NCBI GenBank assembly: GCA_001662655.1 | Contig: KV460217.1 | From: Pseudogymnoascus verrucosus | Lineage: Eukaryota | Direction: 5' to 3' (one strand) | DNA: 64,000 bases | Shown here: positions 26,224-39,986 of the stretch, one piece after another | Numbering within the stretch: position 1 is the first letter of the stretch | Layout: every line of letters starts with the position of its first letter | Notes under the pieces: generated by a model | Told to the model about the DNA's origin: nothing | The model's database searches: none | What the model saw: only the letters and a program-made list of their open reading frames with translations | Translations under genes and position numbers: made by a program

Positions 26224-27920
26224 ATGTCTTCATTAAGCGGTCTCGAGCAGCTCCGCGCAGCTGCAATTGATGGTAGGACAGAGAACGTCAGGCACAGGCA
26301 GAACGAAATCCAAAAGCTTCATTTATGCCTCCGCGAAAATGCCGCTACCATCTTGTCCTCCATTACCAAGGACTCAGATAGCGGCTCATCGAACACCAGC
26401 CTTGAGTCGGAGGCAGAGTTCTGGCTGACCATGAATGCCGTTGAACAACAATACGACGGGCTCGATTTTGAGGCATCGATCAAACAAGAGTATTTGATTG
26501 TTACCGGGGCCAACAACCAGGGTCGGAGAATTGGGAAGGGTGTGGTTGTTATTCGTCCGACGACACACACGCGGTTCTATTCCATCATAGTTCCGCTTGT
26601 AACTGCCATAGCGGCTGGGAGCTGTACAGCTTTAGAGGTGAGATTCTGCAATCAAATACTATGAAACGACACGCCATTGATACAAACTCTGCGACAGCTT
26701 GCAGATACGATGTTGAATGTTGACTCGGTATTGAAAGATATTCTACCTAAATCGTTAGACCCTGACACATTCTGCATCATAAACGCAACTCTTTACAGCC
26801 AGGAACATGTATTCCTTGTCGACCAAACAGCACAGAGCAATGTATCTTCTGTAGACCGGCTTTGCTCGAACTATTCTGCGCGTGCAATTGCGATAGTCGA
26901 TCGCGATGCCGACATTGAATTTGCAGCAAAAACTATCGTTAAAGCGCGCTTCTCCTTTCAAGGAACTTCACCATACAGCCCCGATTTGATTGTTGTCAAT
27001 GAGTACATCAAGGACGAGTTTACTGAAGCATGCTCTCGTTATGCTGGGAAATTCTTTCCCTCCATGTCGAAATCGATAACAGTACGGAACAACAACTTCT
27101 TAGAAACCAAGAAAGCCCTGAAAGCTGCGGAAGAGAAGGGCGAAGTCACCACATCTGGAACGACACTATTCAAGATTGTGGATATTCATGATAGGTAGGT
27201 CGTGTTAAAACGTTCATGTTTTACGACGGTTAGCATTCTATCGTTCTCCGGTGCTGATACTTTCTAGGAGCTGTCCTATGACCAAGATGAAAATCAGTGG
27301 TTATTGCCTCTCCATAATCTCATCGAGCAGCCTAGTTGACAGCGTCAGCATCAGCAAACTAAGGTGAATTCCGTTCTTTCCCAAAACCCTTATATTCGAT
27401 CTTGCTAATGCGACATAGCCCCGACCTTCTTGCACTCTACACCTTCTCTGACCCAGCAACGGCTAAATTTCTCTCTCAGCATGTCAATGCCCACACAAGT
27501 TTTGCCAACTCTATCCCCTCGCACATACTCGTTGGGCCTGCTGCGCCCATTACCCCCGTCCCCGCACCACCACACCACAAATATAGCACCAACATGTTCT
27601 CGTCACCACGGCCACAATACATCGCCTTGCCGGCACCATCTAGCAACCTCGCACTGATTGACGACATGCTAGCCAGGTTCTACGAGCCTGCGGGACAGAG
27701 CTCGGCTCTGGTGAAATTGAGAGGAAAGGTGGTAGGAAAAGATGGAAAAGCCGCAAAGCTTTTGAAACCAAAGAAGGTACAGCCAGAGGGGAGTCAGTTG
27801 GGATTTTTTGAGCAGGGAATTTTATTAGGTGCAGGATTGGTTTTGACGGTTATCATTTCGACGGCGATTGGGGGGATTTGGGTGGTGAAGCGCTCGATTA
27901 AGGAACAGCGGCCCCTGTAG
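26224..27920 (+). CDS. Aldehyde-dehydrogenase-fold protein (fatty-ALDH-like, C-terminal TM anchor) with degenerate catalytic motifs
   Basis: PLVTAIAAGS, AIVDRDADIEFAAKTIVKARF, SPDLIVVNE, LALYTFS; several introns; TM tail GILLGAGLVLTVII. Confidence 0.8.
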
Positions 27921-28044
27921 CAGTTGACATTAGATATGGGATTGGAAGGTGTATTCGGAGAGAAAAGATATGTACTAGAGAAGTGGATTATGATGCAGGC
28001 ATAAGGAAGTAGTCAGTTTTACATAATCAAAATATTTAGGTGTA

Positions 28045-29886
28045 ACGTAATTCACATACGAGTCGCCCACACAAGCGAGTCGCCCACCAAAACACCAAAA
28101 CGCGTCAACTTAACAAAAGTCAACATGCCACTACCAACACAAGCCCAATCCTCTAATCAAGAGGGTCGAATACTATTAGCTATTAATGCAATTAAACAAG
28201 GCCAGTTTCAAAGTGTTCGAGCAGCTGCAGCATCGTACGATATCCCCCGAACGACCTTACGCGATCGGATTCACGGAATGGCTTCCCGACGTGATTCTAT
28301 TCCTAACTTACAGAAGTTGACTCCGTACGAAGAGTCAGCTCTCGTTCGGTACATCCTTGACCTAGATTCACGTGGATTTCCGCCCCGGCCGCAAGGTGTG
28401 CAAGAAATGGCTGACCTTCTACTCTCCGAACGAGGCGAGAGCTCTGTTGGGAAGAACTAGACTACCAACTTCATAAAACGTCGTACGGAAATTAAAGCAA
28501 AGTTTAGCTGGAAGTACGATTATAAACGAGCAAAATGTGAAGATCCTAAGATAATTCAAGAGTGGTTTTCTCTCGTACGAAACACAGTTGCAAAATATAG
28601 TATTTTAGAGCAGGATATCTACAACTTTGATGAAGCAGGGTTTGCTATGGGAGTTATTGCTACTGCTAAGGTGGTTACAAGCTTAGAGTCAAAGAGTAGT
28701 CGTGCGAAGACTATACAGCTAGGAAATAGAGAGTAGGTGTCAATTATCTAAGGTGTTAATTCGTACGGATGGGCACTCCCGCCGTTCATCATTTTTAAGG
28801 CGCAGAATCACCTCTCTGCTTAGTACAAGGACTTAGGATTACCAGACGATTAGGTGATTACGCTAAGTGAGAATGGGTGGACTTCGAATTCAATTGGGTA
28901 CAAGTGGATTCAACACTTCAATCAGCATACAAATGCTCGTACGATCGGAACGTATCGCCTTCTTATTCTTAACAGACATGAGAGCCACCTCTCTGCTCAA
29001 TTTCAACACTACTGTACAGAACGGAAGATAATTACCCTCTATATGCTACCACACTCGTCGCACATTCTTCAGCCACTTGACGTGAGCTGCTTTACTCCAC
29101 TAAAGCTTTCGTACGGACGTCAGATTAAAACCTTCGTACGGAACAAGCTAAACCATATCACGAAGCTTGAGTTTCTCTCTGCATTTAAGGAAGCATTTAA
29201 AGCTACATTTACAGAGCAGAACATTAAGAGTGGATTCCGAGCTATAGGGCTAGTTCCGTACGAGCCATAGAGTGTCCTCTCTCACTTAAATCTACACTTA
29301 AGAACTCCGACTCCTCCTATAGTTGAGAGTGACAATTGGACTTCAAAGACTCCTTAAACTATAAGGGAGCTTGACTTTCAAACAGAGCACGTTAGGAACC
29401 GCATTATACAGCATCAGAATAGCTCTCCTAGCTCAATTACTAACGCACTAAGCCGGCTTGCTAAAGGAGCTCAGGTTATGATGCATTCTGCTACTCTACT
29501 TAAGGCAGAAGTTAAGGCTCTACAAGCAGCAAATGAACAGAAAAAGAGGAGGGAAAGGAAGCGTAAGAGGCGTATAATGCAAGGGGGAACCCTCTCCGTA
29601 CGAGATGCAGAGGATATCCTTCAAAGTGCTGAGGTTGATGCTCAAGTCCGTACGGAGGTGGCAAGTAGGACTACTCAGCAGGTGGGTTCTACAGGCCGAC
29701 AGAAGCGCTGCGGCTTATGTGGTATTATGGGCCATAACTCCCGTACGTGCAAGAGGCACGAGGATTCAATTACGATCGAATAAGGGTCATTATATAGGGT
29801 GGTGGTGTAGTAGTAGGCAGTAATAGTCAATTTTGGTGTTTTGGTGGGCGACTCGCTTGTGTGGGCGACTCGTATGTGAATTACGT
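28045..29886 (+). mobile_element. Complete pogo/Fot1(Pot2)-type Tc1-mariner DNA transposon, RIP-inactivated
   Basis: Perfect 56-bp TIRs (28045-28100 / 29831-29886) starting ACGTAATTCAC; TA target-site duplication on both sides; transposase inside. Confidence 0.96.
28125..29783 (+). pseudogene. pogo-family transposase (HTH-psq, CENP-B HTH, DDE, C-terminal CCHC knuckle) with in-frame stops
   Basis: One frame with stops at 28458, 28734, 28749, 28821, 28851, 29268 and 29355; YNFDEAGF, LILNRHESH (from LILDGHESH), QPLDVS, CGLCGIMGHNSRTC. Confidence 0.93.
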
Positions 29887-30017
29887 TATTTATTCTGATT
29901 TTAATTAACTTACTATTAAACGCCATATATTAACAGTCGTGTCTCTAATCAGCTATAATAAGGGTAAGGTAACAACGTAGCTTATAAACTAATTATTTTA
30001 AACGTCGAATACTTCAT

Positions 30018-31037
30018 TCAACTCTTTGCACCGCCCGTGGGCCACTTTCCTAATGTAAACTGACTATTGCACATATTCCGCAACTCCCAGTCCTCAGCCC
30101 CCACAGTCGCGGACAAGCCAATATCTTCAAAAGATCCACACAAGCCAGCAACAAACATAGCCGCCATGAAATGATCATCGGTTCCATGTGCATCGCGGTA
30201 CTTTGGGACCTTCATCAGCATAGTCATAGCGCGACGAAGCTCAGGGCCCGATTTCTTGGTGATGGCGTCTTCGAATTCCTGGCGGAAATCCAGCATTTCG
30301 CGGTCGGGCGGTGTTTCCAAGGCAAAGTTATCTAGATGGGAGTCATTAGAGTTTCCAAAATATAAAAATATTGTACTTCAGGGGATGAGCGTGGCATACC
30401 GCGGAATTGCAACATTTGGAACCAGTTATTCCGGTACAAGTTGTGAACGGCACCTCCGGTGCCAATAAAAAGAACATTCTCTTTCCTCAGCGGACGCAGT
30501 GCTGAGCCCACCTTCACGTGGTAGTGAGGATCGTAGCGGGCGTTCATACTGATAATTGTCGTGGGCGGAGAACCACCAGGGAACATGCGGATAAGGATGA
30601 GATAGGTATCATGAATCCAGTCAAACTTGTCGTTGAGTTTGGCCTTCAGCCCACTAGTTTTCAGTAGATCGACACATCGACTAGCCATAGGGAGATCAGG
30701 GACTAGCTCGTAGTCCATGTATTTTGCAGGGTCAACATAGGCAACGGGGGATTTGGCCGGCGTGGGTTTAGCGGCGACTTCTATTTCGTCGCCGGAGGTA
30801 GCCCAGTGTGCACCCTAAAGGAGATACAGATGTGAGCAATAAAATTTCAATTACGCAGCAAAAAAGGAATTGAGAGATAGACGACAAGCTTACCATCATG
30901 ACAACATGCTCGACTTTGTTTGCAAGGGCTTCGTCGCCGCATTGCTTCCAGTAGGTGGCCGACGCCGACTCCTCGCCCAACATCATAGTGGAACCATGGG
31001 AGAAGAAGTGTACAGGAGTAAGCTGAGACTTAGCCAT
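30018..31037 (-). CDS. LigB-type extradiol aromatic ring-opening dioxygenase (4,5-DOPA dioxygenase family)
   Basis: FFSHGS, GAHW, WIHDTY, GTGGAVHNL, AHGTDDHF motifs; introns ~30818-30893 and ~30333-30399. Confidence 0.88.
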
Positions 31038-32349
31038 GATGAGTATGCTCTGTTCCGACAGAAGACTGGGCGGAGATGCTGATATGGGCGAGAAATAGGA
31101 TGTGAGAGCGGCAATAGACACAAGCCGGAAAAGGCGAGGTAACGGATAGTATATTTTTGGTAAGAGGGACGTTAGATACGGCACTGAACTGTTCGTGACT
31201 GTGGAAGCCAATGGGGCGATTGTGAGAAGGTGATTATCATGTTGTTGATGCTAGAATCTGACCACTGGTGATATAGCTGGAACCTCGGAGTTTGAAGATA
31301 CGCGGCTAACCGAATTAAAACTTCCGTTGTAAAGACCCAATGGGTCTCGAAATGGCAACGAACCATGTTTGGTTTCTCTCCGGGTCAACTGCTGTGCATA
31401 GTTGAGACATATCGAGTGAAGTCCTGTGATACTTACCGGGTCCGGTGGGGGGATGTTGATGGGGAGTACCGGGGACTGCGGTCGCGGCGGTTGGTTGACA
31501 CCATGTGCACGTACCCTTACCAGCCGCAAGGATTAGGCGTGACGTGAGGGTGAGGGGCCGGTGGAGCAAGCGAGAATATGAACGACACGAGTCTGAGCTC
31601 GGGTCACTGAGAGTAAAAGTGCCCCTGTTTCGTATAAAAAATATATAATCACCTGTACTGGTGTTGTAAAATGTAGAAAATATTGCCCCCTTTACGCGGA
31701 GATGCACCTCTCTCACTACTAAACTAGCAGACGTAAACTAGAGGGGCTGCATTTACGGAAGCGGAGCGGATTCAAACATGAAAAGTGCCATTATATACCC
31801 CTCCCACCAAATCCTCTGCTGTGTGTATATAATATCATTAATTTGGACTTTTGGGAGGATTCCTCTATCCTTGCGATAATATATTGCCTCTGCATCCTAA
31901 GCTCTCTGAATAAGTATGCGATCGTTGTCTAAGGGTTTTCAAAGCAAGGGCGAGGTTGACCGGAAAAGGCAGACAGCTGAAGAGAACGTCGAAGAGGCAA
32001 AGGAAAAGGAAAGCAAAGAAAAGATACCTATAACCTCATAATATTTATTTACTACTTTAAATGTTTTTCATAATTGTTCGTGTAACTATGAAGTCCTCTT
32101 GAGGAATGATGATGCGTAGATCCATACATATAGGTGCCGAAGTTCACACTTGTGCCTGGACCCATCTTACCCCGCCATTAGCGTTATGCGCTAGAGTGGG
32201 TCATACATTGGACGAAGTCCACATAAATTCTTATTGTCCCACGACAGCTCTATTTAGTTTTGAGCCTCCTAGCTTGACCGTCGGGACCACCTTCGGCCGG
32301 CCACTGCCTTCCTCATTCACTCCACGGCCCAAGTAAGTATAAGCAGAGG

Positions 32350-35300
32350 ATGCCTGACGCACCGACGACGCAAAACCCGGCTGGACCGAGATCTACGCCG
32401 ACAGGCTCAAATGCCGAGGGCATGGGTCGTGAAAATGATGAGCTAGACAACACTGAAGCCGGCGGCGGTCGGTCCAATCGTAAACGACAGCGACAGCATC
32501 CTAAGGCACCAGTCACGCACCAATGCGGGATCTGTCAACGGACATATGAGCGTGCAGACAGGCTAAGCCGCCATCTAATGACTCATGAGAACGCACGGCG
32601 TTATCTATGCCAACGATGCCAGAAGAGCTTCAATAGAGCAGACCTTCTGACTCGACACATGACAACGCACAACCGAAACAATGATGGGTCAGGCCTTGAT
32701 CATGGCACCATTAACCGTACCGACCGGGTAGGCCAGGCATGCCTTGCATGTGCAGCCGCAAAAGCCCGCTGTGAGAACAACAAGCCATGCCGACGCTGCC
32801 AGAGTAAGGACATCACGTGCGAGGTGCCCAACCTGACATCGAAAAATGCGCTGTGGCAGATGTCTAATAACGGAGCGTCCCAAAGCCGCTCTCCTGATAT
32901 ATTGGACCGGGATAGTGGTATAACAGCAACGCAGCCGCTTCCATCGAGGAGACGACAGCAGCAACCGCGGTTACAACAACGACATCGGCCACAACAACAG
33001 CCACAGGGAGAGGAAGAAGAAGAGGGCGAGGGTGAAGATGGGGACGAGGAAGAAGGGCACCAATACGAAGATAATGGCCAAGAGCTATATCAACAGCCGC
33101 AGATACAGCATTCTGTCAATGGCGCTTTCGCGATTGACGAGCAACCAACTGGGCTCTTTAACGCAAGCCAAAGCTCTAACATTCGCGCCAACCAGCTTCA
33201 AATCAATAATGGTACCACGAACCATGAAGTTGCTCCTCAAACATGGGTTGAAACCGCAACTGATCAGGTAGAGACATACGTCATGCATTCTATGTCTGTG
33301 GGTGAGAACCAGCTCGTCTTCGACAATATCATGAATGAGGTTCAGTTTATGCCTTACATAGTTGATTTCAATAATCAGAACCTTGATACTGAACTCTTTA
33401 ACTTTACTTTTCAAGAAACACAACTGGGTACATTTCCAGCTCCGCCAATTATAGAGGATAATAATAACGAATCTGTGGACGACGAAACATCAGGACGATC
33501 CCCACGGCTGACTCGTGACGTCCGTGCCGGCTACGCTGCTTTCAAACGCTCGCCGTGGCTTTGGACGCCACGGCAACTAGACCGTGCCCTTCAGGATGGA
33601 GAAAACTTAACGCTGGATGAGGACAGCATGTCGTCTGCACTAACCCCGAACTCTTCGGGCCTAGCGCCTAACGTTCCAAGCTGTGGCTTCCCTACAATCA
33701 AATCGGGAATTCGTGATAAGATGTTTTATTTGGTCGCGACGATGGACAAATATACTAACCGCATTCCTGATTTTCCCTCTGTGGATGTTATTAATCACGT
33801 CGTGGAAGCCTTTTTCGTTCGGCAAACTTATCAAGTAGATAACTGGATTCACATACCAAGTGTGTTAGAATTTATCCCCGAACTAGGGTTGGCAATGGTG
33901 GTTGCTGGTTCAGCCGTTATCGCGGTGCCCGCAATATGGAAGATGGGCCTTGTTCTCCAGGACGTCATCCGAGTTAAGCTTGGAGAGATGGTAAGAACTT
34001 TGATTTGCGATTACAGAACCATATTAACTAGGTAGTATAGTGGGAACGGCAGAATAGTGCTACACGAAGCCTACAGCCACTGCAGGCGTGGATGCTTTCA
34101 TTAGATGCGGGACTATGGAGTGGATTCCAAAGGCAAATGGAACTCGCCGAGAGTTTTGAGCAAACCTTGATCACAGTGTGTCCACCCAGGCGTTATTCTG
34201 GATATTGATTCTTCTTGCAAGATATGAGATTATGTGCTAACTGAAGGCAGATGATGCGTCGTGGTGGTATGTTTGGATCGACGGCTGACACACAAAGTCT
34301 CATACCTCACGAATCAGATGAGGGGAAAGTTCTCGAAACAAAGTGGAAGAAATGGATACAACTAGAGTCGTTCAAAAGGTTAGTCGAAGACCTATTGGCA
34401 AGGCCATATTTAGTACTGACCTATCCTTGAGACTATCTATACATTTATTTCTACATGATACTCGGGCATCGATTGCCCTTCAAAAAAATCCGCTGATCTC
34501 AATCACGGAAATTACAATCTCATTGCCAACCGCTCGGATCTTCTACCTTGCTGGCTCCGCTACAGAGTGGAAATCTTGTTTTCTCGAGCAAAGAGTTCCT
34601 CCGCTGGCGCAAGCGTCAATTCAACTAATTGACGTGATGCACGATATGAGCGTACTGGACAACCTCCACTCAGAAATCGACGTTGCTCTCTGCTACACAG
34701 CCGCAACTCACGGCTTCTGGGGCCAAATCTGGGCATTTCGCGAATCTTGGAAGTTTTATAATGTTGACGTAGATAAAGATTCGGTGCATCGTCTATGGCT
34801 TATGACACAGCAGCGCGAACTCTACCAACAAGTTAAGATCTTTGAGGAAGCTCTGGTCGCCAAGCCAATTCCGCAATGCGAGCTACTCGTAATAATTGAG
34901 CTCCTTCTCATGATCCTTCACGTTTCAGCTGAGGAACTCACGCGCTTTGCTGGCAAGTATGGCGAGGAAGCAGCATCGAGGGCATTCGTGAGCCTAGACA
35001 AGTGGTCTGCTACGGAGCAAGCAAGAAAGGCAGTATGGCATGCGGGGCAGGTATTACGTTGGGCAGCAGTAATGCCTCCTGCTGAGCTGCGGGATTTCTA
35101 TGCCATCGCTGTTTATTTTGCCAGTCTGGCGCTATGGGCATTTGGGCACGTGTCAGCCTCTAAAGACCACACAAATGACCCGGTAAATCGACATACCCCG
35201 GCCTCTCTGGATTCTACTAGCAAAAGCACCTTTGTCGTTCTTAACAGCGATGAGACCTCTAATGCTCGCTTATTCATTGCTGGTCGTCAAATCACGCCAG

Positions 35301-35539
35301 TCCTGGCAGCCGTGGTATTCAACTGGCACTCGAAACGGCCAGAGGCTCAAGACGGCGCACTCATTCAATTAGACGATCCAAACGCTGTTCTGCAGATGGC
35401 TCGGGACTTGTATCGAAATAATTTCCCGTTCAAGGGCGAGCCCTTGCCGCCGCTGGTTGAGAACATTGGGAACTTGATGAGAGACCTTGGCAGTTTGCCT
35501 CAAAATCGATTTTCACGATGTGTAAGCCCAATGGAATGA
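32350..35539 (+). CDS. Transcription factor with two C2H2 fingers, a Zn2Cys6 cluster and a fungal TF domain
   Basis: CGICQRTYERADRLSRH, CQRCQKSFNRADLLTRH, CLACAAAKARCENNKPCRRCQSKDITC; multiple introns. Confidence 0.92.
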
Positions 35540-35982
35540 GGCCTACCTATGGCGGGATTAAGTAATGAGAATGGATCTATGAATATGTCTGTACTCGACT
35601 ACTATTAGTTTTTGTTTTCGGATACAGCCAACACATATTTGTAGAACAGCTAGTGTCCAATTGCTCACTTAAATGAATTCAGTACAGTGATTGTAAACAT
35701 AGCTCATGGTCTCAAAGGGCAGCGCTTGCATGTGTAGATGAGAAGCTGCAGGCTATTTAGTAAGGCGAGTCGGCTTTCAATGTGAATGATTTAGGAAAAC
35801 AATAGATTAAATGGCGGCAAGAACTTGCGCCTTAGACATATAGCAAATATCTCTTTTCGGCGCCTTTCACATAGAATTGGCTGCGGCCCATTGGAGATAG
35901 ATGTTGATTATCTCATGAGGGTTATCTCTCCATTAGAAAGGACATTATGGAACTGGACGCCGGCTTAATCTGAGGAAATTGG

Positions 35983-37409
35983 CTACGGAATAGCTGGATC
36001 TACACTAGTAAATTTTGCTCTGATGGTAGTCACTGTCATTGCATAGCTTTGCGGCACAGGCATAGGAGCTACCAAGTCTGTGGTCGACTCCATGTCCGTA
36101 GCGAATTCGTGTGTCTTGTACATCCCACACCTTTCCGTACGGCGCAGATTGTCATCCGGATGTTGATTGTAGTAGGGGTGAGCTCGTGTGGTATGAATGT
36201 CGCTGTGCCCAGTAGCCGCAGAAGGGGTGCGACAGCTCAAAAAACGGTATAATGGTTTGAGAGGTGGTGCGCAGGCACAAATGAGCCCGACAGAACTTTC
36301 AACAGCTGACCAAGTGGTAATATCGCTTCCATCCCCTATAATTATCACATGCTCTTAGTAACATATACGGAAATCATAGTTATGTGCTCGAAACCAGTGA
36401 TTCGGAACAGAATAGCATGATGCATGAATAGAACGCCAATTAAAACCAAAATAACTCACAAGCTTGATCACTGCTGGTGTTGAACTGAGTGACCCGTGCG
36501 AGACGTACAATTGCAGCTACGATAACAAGAGAGGCGAGGGACACAATTGCCAGGAGCGCAGCCTTTTGGCCACGGTCAATTTTTAGTGACACTGCGAAAA
36601 TGTAAGTCATGGTCATCTCGTTCAGTGTTCAGCCATAACATACTGATGTGAGGAATAATGAAGAGCAAGAGCACGACATCGCACAAGATATTACAGATTG
36701 CAGTTACCCAAAGCGTGATAAGATAATTGCTACACTGTCCCAAACTCTTGACCTGCCAGGCTTTGCTAATGGGGCGACACTGAAAGATGCTTGTAAACAT
36801 CACTGAAGTTGTGTAGGAACCAACAAAAGCCATGAAACCATATACTGCATATCGGCCTCTCTTGTGGCTTCTGAAGATCCGTAAAAACAACGCACAGATA
36901 GCAATCTTGGTAATACCTAGCACAAGCAGGTAGATGAGACGAGTGAAAAAGCCTAGTAACAGTGTTTTCTGATATTGCTCCTCGGTTATGGTATCTTGAT
37001 GGCGCCCCGCGCCGTACCTCGTGAGAAGACAGTTCAGGAATATGAGAATAGTCTCAAAGATCTACCGAAGTATTTAGCATCCATTGGCATATACGGGCGT
37101 GAATTAGCTACCCAAGCGACTGCAATCCATGAATCATCTGTGCCCCAATTGCGGGTCAGAAATATTCGAGTGAAGAAACGAGCAACGACAGTCACGGACG
37201 CAATTGTGAAAGGAACCAAACTTCCAACCAGTATTTCTTGTATACGGGACTCGCTCAAATACTTTTGGTCCTAGACATTCGTTAGAGCTCGTTCATGATC
37301 GACTTTTAGACATCCTTAACGACGATAGTGCCCAAAGTGAGATTGCTCCACAAAGTTGGTAAATCATTTAGGAAAAGAAAACAAGCTGACGTACGTTTGA
37401 TGTTGGCAT
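35983..37409 (-). CDS. PTH11-like (fungal rhodopsin-domain) integral membrane protein
   Basis: MPTSN|intron|DQKYLSESR..ARFFTR..WGTDDSWI..YGAGRH..KIAICALFLRIF..FQCRP..WSAVESSVGLICACAP. Confidence 0.82.
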
Positions 37410-37638
37410 TGTTTGATTTTATAGATAGAAACAGTAATATAATAATATGGTCCAGGCTTTTCGATTGAGGATAGAAAAACCCTGGAAATATTCAAATTCA
37501 AGATCGGTAAAAAGCAGGCGAACTAACCCTTTTTTAACTCTTTTTCAGTCTCTCCTGCCCTAACATTTTATCCCCCCCACTTCACTTTTGGAACATGGGG
37601 TAACTCAGGGGTCATCTGCATATTGACAGGCACAGGGC

Positions 37639-37650
37639 CGGAATGTGGGG
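37639..37650 (+). promoter_or_regulatory. Cluster A motif CGGAATGTGGGG
   Basis: Exact copy 230 bp upstream of the PTH11-like ATG. Confidence 0.6.
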
Positions 37651-38148
37651 TTCACTAGAGGTAATGTAACGTCTGCTTGGAAGTGTTCCATGTGGCAGTG
37701 GAGACTTTATAAGTTTCACTGGCGCATCGATGCAGTATATGGTTCCTTGCATAATTATTGCGTGGACAACTGTCCTTAAATTATTCTCCCCAGCATATAG
37801 AGCCACTTTTCAATAAAGGTGGTCGCCGGGTCTACGTACCACACTGTAACGACCCCATCGTCAACGATGAGGAACTAATCGCACACACTCCAGTGTCAGC
37901 GACTGATTCAAGCAACTCCTACGAATACTAAAAGTCCTGATATGACTGAAATCCAAATGGTGATTCAATAGCTCTCATAACCTATCCGACACTCCAAAAG
38001 CCCAACCTGGAAGAGTGGCCTCAGGGTGGTTCAACTCCACCGTCGAAGCTCCTGGTGGCAAGGCACCTCTTCTGCCCTAAGGGCAATCAAAACAACTACA
38101 ATGCTTCTACGTACCACCAAACATTCAATAATGACTAGTAACTAAATA

Positions 38149-39477
38149 TCAGAGTTGCGCTGGTAGAACTTTTCCAGTACATTCTCCAAAACCCACGCCA
38201 TTTGATGCCAATGCGGATATCCGTATTTCATCACCATCCTCAATGTAAACCCTTGACTTTCCATCACCAATTTCAAAGCTGTCTTGTCCACCCTTGGTAA
38301 GTTCTAGTAGGCATCCGTGGCTCTCATCTGTCGAGCCCGATATTGTACCCGTACCTAAGATGTCGCCGGTGTTCAGGCAGCATCCATTGCTGCTCTGATG
38401 CACGACTAAATCTCGGAAAGTCCAATACATAGCATTGAGATTGCTCTTACAGATAGTGGTCGATGTGCCACTAGTTATAATATCAGCCTGCAGGGCTATG
38501 TCGTAGCTGTTAATGGGATTGGGATCCACGAGATATGATGCAACCTCCAACTCGCGTGGCTGGCCTATGATTGCCGAGGCTTGTAGTGCATCCAAGGTGA
38601 TTATCCAGGGTGACATCGATGTGGCGAAGCTCTTCCCGTTGAGTGGACCTAATGGGGTCATTTCCAAACCTTGGATATCTCGCGCTGAATCGTAGTTAGG
38701 TAAAACATCCATTGAGGTCAAGCATGGCCGACTTACCACTCCAGTCATTCATGAGGACATATCCAAATATGTGGTCATCGGCGTCCTTGCTTGTAACAGT
38801 TTCACCCAACTTGGTGGGCTTACCGACGATACAGGCTAACTCCAACTCGTAATCGAGCTGCTCTGTTGGTCGATATTTTATGCCGCCTTGACCATCGCGG
38901 AATTGTCCTTTAGGCCTGACAAATGATGTCCCCGAAACAATTATCGAAGAAGTTCGCCCAGAATAACCTATTGGGAAATGCAGAAACGCGGGTGGGAGAT
39001 AGCGTTTCTTCAGTATTGCTTCGCCAGCATTAAGTACATGGTCCTTTGAACACGAGAAATCCGTAAAGTCGCGGCTCGAGACGGGGAGATGCATGGTAAC
39101 ATCCTTAAGTTCGGCTGTAGATCCAGCTGGGAAAGATGTAAGAGGTTCTTTGAATAGGGTCTGGAGTGCTGCTCTAGCTTGTTGGTGGATAGATCTAGGA
39201 AGTGCGGCAAAGTCGTTGAGAACAACCTTCATAAATTAGACATGTCTTAAAAAATGTCACTTAATGGAAAGAATTAGAAAAACCGCACCTGAGAGAAGGC
39301 ATGAAGTGCTTCGTTTGGCAAAGAAGACAGGAGATCATGTTTTGCGAGTTCATCGAGGTATATCACCGTATTTTCCAGTCGGGTAACTGCAGACGGGCGG
39401 GGATGGTCTTCACTGCTTCCAATTCCGAATGGAATATTACAGACTGAAAAGTGGGAGGCGAACATAGCGGTGGACAT
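38149..39477 (-). CDS. Fumarylacetoacetase (FAH family)
   Basis: HFSVCNIPFGI, DFTDFS, LDYELE, MNDWSARDIQ, PLGPLNGKSF, GDILGTGTISG. Confidence 0.92.
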
Positions 39478-39803
39478 GCGTGAGCTCTGTGAGTCTAGTA
39501 AAAGGGTTTCTGAAAAGTGTAGCTATAAGAAGCAATGAAGTATTTTTTTCGAGGTGGTAAATTGATTTTGACTACTTTTTACTTTTCGAACCGTTTCTCT
39601 GTATGTATGTGCCCGTACACGCTCCCCCTCACCCGCCTTGCCAGCAGTTTGTCCACAAGTGACACAACACTGCATACCATTGAAAACGTACAATAAGTAT
39701 TAACCTGATACGATTGGCAAATCAAATGCCGAGGATTGAATAAGACGCAGCGTCGCAATTCGGGTCGGTAATGGATGGCCAGTTCCTCAGCCATCGACCC
39801 GGC

Positions 39804-39825
39804 CCCCACTATCCGGCCGGTGGGG
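39804..39825. promoter_or_regulatory. Two overlapping inverted CGG-N3-GTGGGG sites in the FAH/cupin divergent promoter
   Basis: CCCCAC-TAT-CCG (39804-39815) and CGG-CCG-GTGGGG (39814-39825). Confidence 0.6.
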
Positions 39826-39986
39826 GTTGGTCCGTTACAACATGTACTAGATATCCAGCCACTCTTTGAAAGTGACCGATATTCGCTCTGATCTCATTTC
39901 AAATCTCATAAATGATTTAATGGCCATTATCCTCAATCAGCTTACCAATTTGACTTGACCACTTCTTCAATTAATTCCTTCACAAA

